The translations under genes were made by a program, and so were the position numbers. The notes under the pieces were generated by a model. That model saw nothing but the letters and a program-made list of their open reading frames with translations, had not been told where the DNA came from and searched no databases. DNA of 64,000 nucleotides from a phage, in the sequence record PX436236.1. One strand, written 5' to 3'. The stretch's first letter is position 1, and each line of letters begins with the position of its first letter. This document shows positions 9,642 through 18,778 of the stretch, piece after piece.

Positions 9642-9865
9642 TCTTTCACCTTCATCATTTTTGCAATAACACTATGAACAGCCTGGATTCGTTTTTCGAA
9701 CTCAGACCCTTCAAGACCTTTTTCAGTACTCAGGGCACCAATAATCATAAACAGCAATCCAAATGGGACGACCAGGATTAAAAGGCACACGATAAACAAG
9801 ACAAATGTAATATTGGCCAGGATATCAGAAACAGCATTACGAAATTTGTTCATACGATAGTCCAT
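9638..9865 (-). CDS. Small membrane protein
   Basis: 75-aa ORF with a central hydrophobic stretch (ITFVLFIVCLLILVVPFGLLFMIIGAL). Confidence 0.4.
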   Translation of the reverse strand: MDYRMNKFRNAVSDILANITFVLFIVCLLILVVPFGLLFMIIGALSTEKGLEGSEFEKRIQAVHSVIAKMMKVKE

Positions 9866-9994
9866 GTATTAGTTACAACAAATAACCATTGAGCAGGATA
9901 CTCAACACCCATGCGCCGGATAATATCATTCATAGATTCGGTTAAGGCATAAAATGCGTAGCCATAAAAATTAATCATTTAAGCGATTTCCTCA

Positions 9995-11068
9995 TTAAGA
10001 TTTCAAATAAGTTATATAACTTTCCAACCATTCAATCATTTCTGATTTTTCGGCAGTAGTCATAGGATTAACTATATCTTTAAAACTGTTAAGCATTACT
10101 TGAGACGTAACTTTTGTCTTTTCGGTTTTTACCAATTCGATAGAGCCAAGTTTTTTAATATGGTCTTCTTTGCTTTCGACTACTAATTTAACAGCTCTTC
10201 CATCTTTAATAGCTTTGTTAGCCTGACCGCGAGTCATACCGTAAAATTCTTCTAACTCGGAATTGGATAAAAATTTTGTTCCTGAAGAAACGTCCTGAAA
10301 TTTATAACGCTGACGAGCAATATCTGGTGGAAGGCCCCATCGGTCTTTAATTAGGTCGAGGGTTCCTTGAAGAAGCCTTGTTAAATGGTTGCTACTTAAA
10401 TCATTATTACGAGCGAATTCGTTTTGATTTATTACTTCCACCGGCTTGTTTTCTTCATAGTCCCATATAGTAAATTTAGAGCAATTATAGGTAACAGAAT
10501 GTTTTTCCATTTTAGAACGACCAAATTGCCATCCAGATTTAATATACTCACTAACTTCATCAGGTTTAACGTACTTGGTTTTCTGGCCAATTTTATACAT
10601 CATAGGCCAAGAAACATGCTCATTCCCTTTATCAAATTCCATCCATCTTGCAATATCATCCTCTGTTAAATCGTCAAAGCAGTTAGGGTTGAAATGCCCG
10701 CCAATTTGTTTATTGAGCCACATAGGGTCTCGTAAAACATCATTGGCTAATTGCATTTCCATTTCTGCCATAAGAGTTTTACCCCAAGTAGGGTACCATC
10801 CTACAATAAGATATTCTTTTGGACTTATACCCTTTTCTATCATTGCGTTCAATTCATTGGATGATGAGGTATAGGTTTTCCAATCAGATTCCTCAAACCC
10901 TTTTTTAGGACCACGTTTAAATGTGCAAGGTGCAGCTTTGATTCGTTTCCAAATCTTTTTAGCACCGACATATTTTTTGCCATCTTCAAAAGTGATTACA
11001 TACACAAATCCAATATAATTTTTAATATCAACTTCTTCAAATACCGCCCAATGCCCGAAATCTTGCAT
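9995..11068 (-). CDS. GIY-YIG homing endonuclease (Seg-like, free-standing)
   Basis: N-terminal GFVYVITFEDGKKYVGAKK resembles the GIY-(x10)-YIG motif of I-TevI/Seg enzymes; 357 aa. Confidence 0.6.
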   Translation of the reverse strand: MQDFGHWAVFEEVDIKNYIGFVYVITFEDGKKYVGAKKIWKRIKAAPCTFKRGPKKGFEESDWKTYTSSSNELNAMIEKGISPKEYLIVGWYPTWGKTLMAEMEMQLANDVLRDPMWLNKQIGGHFNPNCFDDLTEDDIARWMEFDKGNEHVSWPMMYKIGQKTKYVKPDEVSEYIKSGWQFGRSKMEKHSVTYNCSKFTIWDYEENKPVEVINQNEFARNNDLSSNHLTRLLQGTLDLIKDRWGLPPDIARQRYKFQDVSSGTKFLSNSELEEFYGMTRGQANKAIKDGRAVKLVVESKEDHIKKLGSIELVKTEKTKVTSQVMLNSFKDIVNPMTTAEKSEMIEWLESYITYLKS

Positions 11069-11105
11069 GACCTATACCCTTACCATTATTAGATAAGGGT
11101 ATTTA

Positions 11106-11315
11106 TTATTTTTCAAATGTACTATAAAACGAGCGATGCAACCGTTTAAATTGACGAATCATCTTTTTAGTAGGACGGGTGTATAACCCTACACAAGTGG
11201 CCATAAACTGATCAGTAGGACTTCCTTTAATAAGAAGTTTCCAGACTTTACCGCCATTTAACTTTTCAGTATAAATCAGTTCAGTTTTCATAGTAAAACC
11301 CATATTCCATATCAA
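11106..11315 (-). CDS. Hypothetical protein
   Basis: 69-aa ORF. Confidence 0.3.
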   Translation of the reverse strand: MIWNMGFTMKTELIYTEKLNGGKVWKLLIKGSPTDQFMATCVGLYTRPTKKMIRQFKRLHRSFYSTFEK

Positions 11316-11422
11316 TTAAATCATTGTTTGAAGGTTCATTATACTCTATTTCGGAATCGTTGTAAACGGGTTCCTCTGGCTCGGTAGGTTCTATCGTATC
11401 CCACCGAGCGACATACCATGGC

Positions 11423-11800
11423 TTAACGGTCACACCACCAACTACTTACTTCAAAATCAGGTTCACCGTGTTCCCAGTACCAAGGACCGACTGGATGCCA
11501 ATCACCGTGTTCATCTTCTTCAAATTCTTCAGATTCAAGGCCAACGTATTGCCATTGGACTTCATAAGCAGTGCCACCGATTACAACGGTGTTCTCGCCA
11601 TATGGATGAGCTACAGCAAAGTCTACACCTTCTGCTTTAGCCAGCCAAACCATATATTCGTATAGTTTATATTCCAGGTCATCTTCGGTACCATCACCTA
11701 GAAAAATGGTTTGTTCGTTTAATTCAATCATTTGAAGTTCCAGAATGAAGCACCAACCAGAAATAAAGGCCAACAAATCATAGACGTCAGCCATGAACAA
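11423..11800 (-). CDS. Hypothetical acidic protein (C-terminus ...EVSSWWCDR)
   Basis: 125-aa ORF; start probably an internal Met. Confidence 0.3.
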   Translation of the reverse strand: MFMADVYDLLAFISGWCFILELQMIELNEQTIFLGDGTEDDLEYKLYEYMVWLAKAEGVDFAVAHPYGENTVVIGGTAYEVQWQYVGLESEEFEEDEHGDWHPVGPWYWEHGEPDFEVSSWWCDR

Positions 11801-11885
11801 AAGTCACCTGAATCATCTAATTTAGCTAGGGTCTTAGCATAACCAATACCGATGATAAGATACAAAACAACCAACATTAATTCAA

Positions 11886-12149
11886 TCATTTGAAATACGC
11901 TCGCAGTTGGTCAAAGCCACCAATATGACTTCCATCAGGAGCAAATACCTGAGGCATAGTCAAACCTACCTGAGATTCACGTCCAAGAGCAGTCAAGAGT
12001 TCAGCAATCTTCTCATCATCAAATACGCCTTTTTCCGGCATCACGTTAATGAATTCGTAAGGTTGTTTCTTAACATCAAGCAGACGTTTGGCATTATCAC
12101 AGAAAACACAACGGTGAATATTTGAATCATAACCATAAACTTTAAACAT
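11886..12149 (-). CDS. nrdC: Glutaredoxin/thioredoxin NrdC
   Basis: 87-aa MFKVYGYDSNIHRCVFCDNAKRLL... with CxxC; T4 NrdC-like. Confidence 0.85.
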   Translation of the reverse strand: MFKVYGYDSNIHRCVFCDNAKRLLDVKKQPYEFINVMPEKGVFDDEKIAELLTALGRESQVGLTMPQVFAPDGSHIGGFDQLRAYFK

Positions 12150-12150
12150 T

Positions 12151-12387
12151 TTAAATTCCTAATATTTGTTTGAATGCTTCAGAACGGTCAAGTTCTGTTC
12201 CATATTTTTCCATGTGCTCATATTTTAAATTATACACATCAGATAGTATATTATTATACGAGCGAGTTAAAGCAGATTTCAATACTGAATAACTGTCCGG
12301 AAATTTACCATGCTCTTTATAATAAGCTAAAGTAAGTTCGCGGACTGCCTTATCGGCAGCCTCTACATATTCTTTACGCTTTGCCAT
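12151..12387 (-). CDS. Hypothetical protein
   Basis: ORF 12151-12501; likely start [12 protein letters not shown] at 12387. Confidence 0.3.
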   Translation of the reverse strand: MAKRKEYVEAADKAVRELTLAYYKEHGKFPDSYSVLKSALTRSYNNILSDVYNLKYEHMEKYGTELDRSEAFKQILGI

Positions 12388-12685
12388 TTTCTTCTCGCTC
12401 AAATTTATGTTTACAATGGCGGCATTTGTAACGAAGATTACTAGTCTGCCAATGGACCAATTGAACCTGTTCTGTGCCGCACTTAGGACAGTTAGGAACA
12501 TTCTTAGAAGCTTGTTCTCGTCGTGCGACCATAGCCATTACAGCATCCCAATTAACGGCATCATCATAATCATCACAACCATGAATTTTACCAACCAATT
12601 CAACTTCAACATCCGCGGCTTTAATAAATTTCAATAAACCAGTATTAGATGCTGAAGCAATATCTTCAGCTAAACGTTGTTTCAT
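12374..12685 (-). CDS. Zinc-ribbon protein
   Basis: 103-aa ORF with CPKCG...CRHCKH (C4). Confidence 0.4.
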   Translation of the reverse strand: MKQRLAEDIASASNTGLLKFIKAADVEVELVGKIHGCDDYDDAVNWDAVMAMVARREQASKNVPNCPKCGTEQVQLVHWQTSNLRYKCRHCKHKFEREENGKA

Positions 12686-13692
12686 TTCAGCAGCTCCAGA
12701 GCCTGTTCAAGACGGTCTAAACGATTGGTAGACTCTTCCCAAAGTTTCTTGGCGGCGGTATATTGGCCAGTCAGTTTTTTGTTGATAGCAAGGGCGTCTT
12801 TATACGCTTTTTCCAAGGCAACGACTTCCGGTAACTTGGATTTAGTAATTGGTGTAGGGGCCATGATAGGGCTGTTCAAGTCGTTAATCAAGTCTTCTAA
12901 TGTAGCAGGCTCTTTATCAGTGTTCACAATTTCCTCACATTTTTCTTTGTAAATTTCAGCATCAGTTTTTGGAACGGTACATTTGATTTCACGGACTGTT
13001 ACTAAGACTTCATATCCTTTCCAGCCTATGTGGTGTTTAACTTCTTGGGTCTCATATTTCTCTACGGTATCCATCAGAGCTAAAGCCTGTTCGATAGTAT
13101 TCAAGGTATCGTAAGCAATATCTTGATACTTTACAACTTCCACATCATCTTTAGGTTTCCTATTAGGTGACCAAATAACAGAAATAATAGCTTTTCCTTT
13201 ATAACTATTTGTTTTAATCATGCAATTAGCCATCGGGTGAATAGTACGACAATCACCGGAAACTATAGTTTTAGAGGCCGCTTTGAGAATTAATGCAGAG
13301 TTAGCCTTGAATTCGCTAACCCAACGTTGCGGAAATAAACTATTAGGGTCCATACCTTTAATTTTGATATAACCTTTTATGGTATCACCAAACCATTTGT
13401 AGCTAACAACACGGCTAGAACCTGGATGTTTCTCTTTGCCAAACTCTGAAAGGATGTCCTTATTGACCAGTCGAGAAAGCAGTCGAGAACCTTTAAATGT
13501 ATCTACGATATCAGAAATAAACAAACGGCCTGCAATCTTTTCGATTTCGGCTTTGAAACAGCGCGATAATGCATCATCAATTTGGTCGACCCATTTATTG
13601 ATATTAGAAACTATTACCTCGTATGGGGTTAACGGAGGGGTGTTGGTAGTGATATACGTAGTAAAGGCATTGATGTATTCAGTACGAGTCAT
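12682..13692 (-). CDS. Hypothetical protein (336 aa) with C-terminal coiled coil
   Basis: Start MTRTEYINAF at 13692 with GAGGAG RBS; early promoter TTTACA-N17-TATAAT at about 13714-13749. Confidence 0.45.
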   Translation of the reverse strand: MTRTEYINAFTTYITTNTPPLTPYEVIVSNINKWVDQIDDALSRCFKAEIEKIAGRLFISDIVDTFKGSRLLSRLVNKDILSEFGKEKHPGSSRVVSYKWFGDTIKGYIKIKGMDPNSLFPQRWVSEFKANSALILKAASKTIVSGDCRTIHPMANCMIKTNSYKGKAIISVIWSPNRKPKDDVEVVKYQDIAYDTLNTIEQALALMDTVEKYETQEVKHHIGWKGYEVLVTVREIKCTVPKTDAEIYKEKCEEIVNTDKEPATLEDLINDLNSPIMAPTPITKSKLPEVVALEKAYKDALAINKKLTGQYTAAKKLWEESTNRLDRLEQALELLK

Positions 13693-13750
13693 GATATTCT
13701 CCTCAGTAGATTTAAAAAGATTATACTCCATCCGTCCTTGGATGTAAACA

Positions 13751-14644
13751 TTATTTTAGAGCTAATACTGCCGCGCTAAGCTTGTCACGCTGGATTTCCA
13801 TGTTCTTGATGCGAATCAATACGTCTTGAATACTCTTTTTCTCATCTTCGATCTGACCATTTAAACGGTGGATTGATTCCTGGAGGCGGTCCTCATGATA
13901 CTTCTCGATAGGTTTCATCGTAGGGTTAGTAACAACCAAAGAATTATCAGGTTTAATTTTCCAATGATAAGGTTCGGAATTGAATGGACTCGGTACAGCC
14001 GTGGTTTTGAATCTGTCATAGGCTGCATACTGGCCTACGCTGTCACATGATACTGCAGAGATACGACGTTCCATTTGTGGGTCCTTTTGTTGGGATTGAT
14101 AAGGGGCATAAGACAAAAGATATTCACGAGTTAGTTTAACATTAAAATACACTGCATCAGGCCGTCCGGAACAATCAGCATATTCATCGGTTGTAACTTT
14201 ATATGATTCTACTGCCTTAATACGAGTCATTGCTTCCCTGAATAAGGTTTCGAATGCTTCACGAAGGGCCTTATTACCTTTTGAGGTAGGACGGAAACGA
14301 ACTTGAATACCGTCAGGCAGAATATTAATGACTAGGTTACGAGCCGTAAAATTAATATTCTTGATATTGACAGGAACCGTAGAAATACGTCCTGCAGTAG
14401 CCAAGAGGTCTTTGATATTAGCTCGCAGTGTTGCACCAAATAAATGAGCAGGGCAACGGCAATAATCGTTCAAAGAACTAATATAAGTCCCTTTACGACC
14501 TACACCATAAGTATAATTACCATTACAAATATGACCGAAGTCGGCCAGCCGATCGATAGCGATACGACGAGTCGTGTCATGGTCATAGATGGAATATTCT
14601 TTACGTGTTTTAATGTTCATATCAGAGTCCAAATAATTTTTCAT
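13751..14644 (-). CDS. Hypothetical protein (297 aa)
   Basis: Long ORF, no motif recognised. Confidence 0.45.
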   Translation of the reverse strand: MKNYLDSDMNIKTRKEYSIYDHDTTRRIAIDRLADFGHICNGNYTYGVGRKGTYISSLNDYCRCPAHLFGATLRANIKDLLATAGRISTVPVNIKNINFTARNLVINILPDGIQVRFRPTSKGNKALREAFETLFREAMTRIKAVESYKVTTDEYADCSGRPDAVYFNVKLTREYLLSYAPYQSQQKDPQMERRISAVSCDSVGQYAAYDRFKTTAVPSPFNSEPYHWKIKPDNSLVVTNPTMKPIEKYHEDRLQESIHRLNGQIEDEKKSIQDVLIRIKNMEIQRDKLSAAVLALK

Positions 14645-14837
14645 AGAGTTTAGCGATAGGCCACAGAATTAGCATACATAACCAGGCAAAGCAAAATACT
14701 GGCCATACAAATGTAATGAATACCGCATCATAGCTTGATTCAATTTTAACCGGGTTCCACGCGCCTGTTTTATGCGCAATCAAAGCAGTAATAAATCCTA
14801 TCACAAGATAAGCAAGAATAAAACCAATAATTTCCAT
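14622..14837 (-). CDS. Small two-helix membrane protein
   Basis: 71-aa ORF with two hydrophobic segments. Confidence 0.4.
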   Translation of the reverse strand: MEIIGFILAYLVIGFITALIAHKTGAWNPVKIESSYDAVFITFVWPVFCFAWLCMLILWPIAKLYEKLFGL

Positions 14838-14839
14838 AA

Positions 14840-15682
14840 TTAATCCTTAAGAAGATTTAGGATATCGATATATTTTTGACGTTCAGCCTTGGCTTTAGCA
14901 TTCAGACCAGAGAGTCGGAAAATCTCATCATCTTGTTGTTGAATTGTAACATTAAGACAAGTAAGCAAATTGCTAAAATACTCGATTTGAGCTTGGTGCT
15001 TCTCATTGCTGCGCACTGGCACAGGTTCCGGTTTAGGAGCTTGTTCTGAATGCTCTTCAGCCAGGTCTTTAATTTTATAAAGTTTAATACGCTGACCCAC
15101 CCCAGTTTCGGCATCACCAAAACTAAGAACACCGTGCTGTTCTAATTCGGACAAGGCTAATCGGAGATGGAACTTCCAGTTGTCATATTGACAACCACTA
15201 AAAGTTGAAATGGTATACTCATTTTCATTTCTGGGGTGGTTAACAATACTAAAGATAATCCAATCACCTGAACCATTAGTCTTAAAGGTCATTTGTTTAT
15301 CTTGACCTTTTGCAAGGCGAGCACCTAGTGCTAGTAGACGTCGTTGGTTGGCATGAAGGTCTTGAACCACTTCGTCAAATGACATCGCCGGGATTAAACG
15401 ACCATAGAGGTCGTAGCCTTTGTTATAATTTTTAAGAATAATTTTGGCATTAGCACGAGACAACATACCTGTTTTACGAAGAGTTTTCATGACCCGGTCT
15501 TCTAAGGTAAACGACCTGGTCTTGTCAAAGATTTTAGTGAAGTCATCTTTAACAGTACAAACGTTGAACTTGTCCCACATCATATATAGAACCTTTTCAA
15601 CCACTTCTTTAGAACTCGGAATACGACCAAATTTAATAACTTTTTTAACTTCAGAACGAATTTGATTAATTGCCTGTGACAT
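14840..15682 (-). CDS. Hypothetical protein (280 aa; starts MSQAINQI)
   Basis: GAGGAAATTATT-ATG initiation region identical to that of the gene starting at 7848; MotA-box-like CGCTTTA-N12-TATAAT upstream (about 15716-15745). Confidence 0.45.
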   Translation of the reverse strand: MSQAINQIRSEVKKVIKFGRIPSSKEVVEKVLYMMWDKFNVCTVKDDFTKIFDKTRSFTLEDRVMKTLRKTGMLSRANAKIILKNYNKGYDLYGRLIPAMSFDEVVQDLHANQRRLLALGARLAKGQDKQMTFKTNGSGDWIIFSIVNHPRNENEYTISTFSGCQYDNWKFHLRLALSELEQHGVLSFGDAETGVGQRIKLYKIKDLAEEHSEQAPKPEPVPVRSNEKHQAQIEYFSNLLTCLNVTIQQQDDEIFRLSGLNAKAKAERQKYIDILNLLKD

Positions 15683-15745
15683 AATAATTTCCTCAGTAAG
15701 TAATTAAGAACCTAGAACCATTATACCATCCTTGGTATAAAGCGT

Positions 15746-16270
15746 TTATGCGAGAACCGTCTTTAAACGCTCTTCAAATTTATGAAGCAGAGCTTGGCGT
15801 TCAGCTCGTTGTGATTTGTACTGCTCGATACGACCTGAAGTGAGGGCGTACTGTTCGTTTACTGATTCCCGCATAAATTCAGGAATCTCTTTACAAGCTT
15901 TTATTTCGTCAAACTTATCAATAACCGCTTGTTGTTCAGCAATCAGATTATCGAAATAAGCGATATCAGATTTAACGTTTGCCAGGTCTGATTCGGTAGG
16001 CATTAAACGTTTGTTACGTTCAGCTTGATAAGCTTGGTTAGTTTCACGACTCCAGTGAAGAGTACGTTTTTTGTTAGTGTTTTTATAGAGCTCTACAATA
16101 CCGACTGAATCGATGATAACAATCCAGTTCCAACGGCTTTTGTAAATCTCTCCTCCAGCAACGGTAATCTCATTACCACAAGCAACATCGTTAAAGAACT
16201 TGCTTTGTTTTTCAGATTTGAAATTACCATTATTAAAATTAATCAGTGAAAAAATATCTTTAGCGTTCAT
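15746..16270 (-). CDS. Hypothetical protein (174 aa)
   Basis: ORF directly downstream of a PeSL-type promoter; GGAGG RBS. Confidence 0.45.
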   Translation of the reverse strand: MNAKDIFSLINFNNGNFKSEKQSKFFNDVACGNEITVAGGEIYKSRWNWIVIIDSVGIVELYKNTNKKRTLHWSRETNQAYQAERNKRLMPTESDLANVKSDIAYFDNLIAEQQAVIDKFDEIKACKEIPEFMRESVNEQYALTSGRIEQYKSQRAERQALLHKFEERLKTVLA

Positions 16271-16285
16271 GATAACCTCCAGTAG

Positions 16286-16325
16286 TTGATAGGTCTATAG
16301 TATCATTTCTACCGGAGATGTAAAC
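16286..16325 (-). promoter_or_regulatory. PeSL-type early promoter/stem-loop repeat
   Basis: Minus-strand GTTTACA-N16-TACTAT with conserved core TGATACTATAGACCTATCAA; inverted repeat TCTCCGGTAG/CTACTGGAGG pairs the promoter spacer with the SD. Confidence 0.5.
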
Positions 16326-16327
16326 AA

Positions 16328-16669
16328 CTAATAGAAACTTTTTTCACCGGCTTGACCACTAAACCATGCGGATTGAGTGTTCTCTTTCCGTTGGTGTTCA
16401 ATACGAATGCGATATTCATTCCTGATGGCGCAGAGTTCATCTCGGAAGTCGCCTGCCAACTTTACCTGCTTGCGGTCTAGATTTATTAAGGCCTGGGTGT
16501 TAACGGCCAAGCGCAGTCTCCTGAAGTCTCCTCCACTACACGGATTTTTATAGAATTTCTCAGAAAACTTAGTACTACATTCATTAATATAGTCTTCAAC
16601 AGACTGTTTCATAGCTTTGGAAAAAGTCTGACCTGCTTTATAAAGATTGTAAATAAATTGTTCAAACAT
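16328..16669 (-). CDS. Hypothetical protein
   Basis: 113-aa ORF. Confidence 0.4.
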   Translation of the reverse strand: MFEQFIYNLYKAGQTFSKAMKQSVEDYINECSTKFSEKFYKNPCSGGDFRRLRLAVNTQALINLDRKQVKLAGDFRDELCAIRNEYRIRIEHQRKENTQSAWFSGQAGEKSFY

Positions 16670-16678
16670 AATTCACCC

Positions 16679-17659
16679 TTATTTCAGAAGTGTAACTTCA
16701 GCGATTTCGCTCCAGTCATTTTTATCGGTGGCAATGAAGTCCGCCAGATAAAGAGCTGTACGTAATGATACGTTACGAAGACGAGATACATTAGCCTTCA
16801 TCCAGGACAGTGCTTGATAAGTCTCGGCATCAGTCAGACCACGGTTTTGCATCATATCAGTGGACAGGATAACGTCTTCAACACGGACCATAATCTCTTC
16901 GTTAGAGTGAACTCCGAGGTCTAAGTAAACTGAACGAGATACTAAAGCCTGGAGGTGTGGAGCAAGTTTAGTTCCACGCTCTAATTCACGGTCAATATCA
17001 ACGTTGGTGATGAACACGATGGTGCCTTCATACTCAAATTCTTTATCGATATTTTTATCATCAAGATAAGAACTTGAAGTGCTCCAGCACACCTTACGTT
17101 TTTCACCAGTATCCAATGCTGCTTTTAACAGGTTCAGGATATCCATATCAGAGAATACATCAACATCATCAATAAGAAGAACACTATTAGGGCCGCGGTT
17201 ATTCCAAAGCTGCTCGTAAAGACCGATTCCACTAATCTTTCCGTTGATTGATTTATATTCGATAGTTTCATTTTCGTGGGCATTCTGTAATGCTTTATCT
17301 AAAGAATACGTTTTACCAATACCTGCGGCACCAGAGATGATAAGGGAACGAATTTTACCATCGATGATTCCGTTAGTCATCATGTTCATTACTTTAAAAC
17401 GTTTGTTGATGCGGTGTTTCATTTCTTCAGAAGATTCGGTAACCACTACAGGAGCTTCAGCACCTTCGGTTTCGATATCAGATTTGAATACCCATACACC
17501 ACGTTCAACACCATCAATCTGTACGAATACCTTACCATCACCGAGGTGAGCTTCAGATTCATGAATTTTATTAGGGAACCAGGTTTTACCTGAACTCATG
17601 AACGTACCAGAGATTTCATTACCGCGATAGACACCTTTGTTGATTTTGATAGTTAACAT
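16679..17659 (-). CDS. P-loop ATPase (AAA-like)
   Basis: Walker A GAAGIGKTY and Walker B VLLIDDVD; start MLTIKINKG at 17659 (GGAG 7 nt upstream) or MENIML at 17671. Confidence 0.55.
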   Translation of the reverse strand: MLTIKINKGVYRGNEISGTFMSSGKTWFPNKIHESEAHLGDGKVFVQIDGVERGVWVFKSDIETEGAEAPVVVTESSEEMKHRINKRFKVMNMMTNGIIDGKIRSLIISGAAGIGKTYSLDKALQNAHENETIEYKSINGKISGIGLYEQLWNNRGPNSVLLIDDVDVFSDMDILNLLKAALDTGEKRKVCWSTSSSYLDDKNIDKEFEYEGTIVFITNVDIDRELERGTKLAPHLQALVSRSVYLDLGVHSNEEIMVRVEDVILSTDMMQNRGLTDAETYQALSWMKANVSRLRNVSLRTALYLADFIATDKNDWSEIAEVTLLK

Positions 17660-17685
17660 TATATTCTCCATTTCACTCAGTAGAT

Positions 17686-17725
17686 TTGATAGGTCCATAA
17701 TAACATGCTCTACGAGAGTGTAAAC
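17686..17725 (-). promoter_or_regulatory. PeSL-type early promoter (variant core)
   Basis: Minus-strand GTTTACA-N16-TATTAT followed by GGACCTATCAA. Confidence 0.45.
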
Positions 17726-17744
17726 TCTTTTTTGCACTAAACCC

Positions 17745-17766
17745 AAAAAAGGCCCGAAGGCCTTTT
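17745..17766 (-). terminator. Hairpin terminator GGCC-ttcg-GGCC plus U-run
   Basis: Directly after the stop codon at 17768-17770; T-run on the minus strand. Confidence 0.5.
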
Positions 17767-17767
17767 A

Positions 17768-18778
17768 TCATTTATAATACGAGTTATGGTTTTCTAGGTA
17801 CACCTCTTCAACGAACTTGTCCCAGAATTTCATGTCTACCTTATCAGGCATACCATTCTTAGCGGCCCAGATAGCATTAGTTTCGACTTCATCTACAATA
17901 GCTTCAAGTTCAGCCTGCACATCTTTAAAAGCATGTAGCCCTTGTTTGATTTCAAGGATAAACGGTGCTGTACGTAAAGGATATTTGAGATCGCCGGTCA
18001 TATAGATTTCCTTCAACTGATAACCGGCACGATAAGCATGGCTCAGAGCTTTCCAATCGATACCTTCATTAGCTTCAGCCTTACGAGCACGTTCGCCATA
18101 TTCAGCATCAAGCTTATTCAGAGATTGCTTGAGCTCGATTAAAGACAAAGTAGTTTGGTACTTACGTCCTAGAACAGTATAGAACGTTTGAGGGCCTGTT
18201 TTCTCATGGTTATGGAATACCCATTCACAGAACTCATTTTCAGGGAGTCTGTGTTTGATATCTTCTACCTTAGTACGACGAAGTCTATCAGGGATTCCTT
18301 CTTGATAGTCAACCCACTGTTCAGGAATCTGGTTAACAATAGCCAGTACACCACGCAGTGCAGCTAGTCGAGAACCCTTAACACCATATTTAGAAGCTTG
18401 CTTACGGACGTACCCTAAATAGGCTTTCATGTTGGTTGTATAGAACCGTGAACGATTGTCTTGGATAAATTTCCATACACCAGGTAAATCAGATTTAACC
18501 ACCATTTCAGGTGGAGTGTGGAGCATATCCAGAGCAACGGTTTCGCCTTCAGCCGCTAGTTTAAAGAAATATTTCAGGCTGTAAAGCTCGTGGTCAACAT
18601 CATCTTTAGTGTTTTTGGAAGCAGTGTTATTCGTGTTCAGGTTGGTATGGTTCATAGCCGTACCTAACAGAATATCACGCGGATGTGGAACAAAGATTTC
18701 TTTAAAATCGACATCAGATTCTGGAGTACTTGTTCCATAAAGGTGGGAGCCAAAATATCCCTTCATAACTGTTCTCAT
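17768..18778 (-). CDS. Nucleotidyltransferase-fold protein (Pol-beta superfamily motif)
   Basis: N-terminal GSHLYGTSTPESDVD fits the GS-x(9-13)-DxD NTase signature; 336 aa. Confidence 0.5.
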   Translation of the reverse strand: MRTVMKGYFGSHLYGTSTPESDVDFKEIFVPHPRDILLGTAMNHTNLNTNNTASKNTKDDVDHELYSLKYFFKLAAEGETVALDMLHTPPEMVVKSDLPGVWKFIQDNRSRFYTTNMKAYLGYVRKQASKYGVKGSRLAALRGVLAIVNQIPEQWVDYQEGIPDRLRRTKVEDIKHRLPENEFCEWVFHNHEKTGPQTFYTVLGRKYQTTLSLIELKQSLNKLDAEYGERARKAEANEGIDWKALSHAYRAGYQLKEIYMTGDLKYPLRTAPFILEIKQGLHAFKDVQAELEAIVDEVETNAIWAAKNGMPDKVDMKFWDKFVEEVYLENHNSYYK

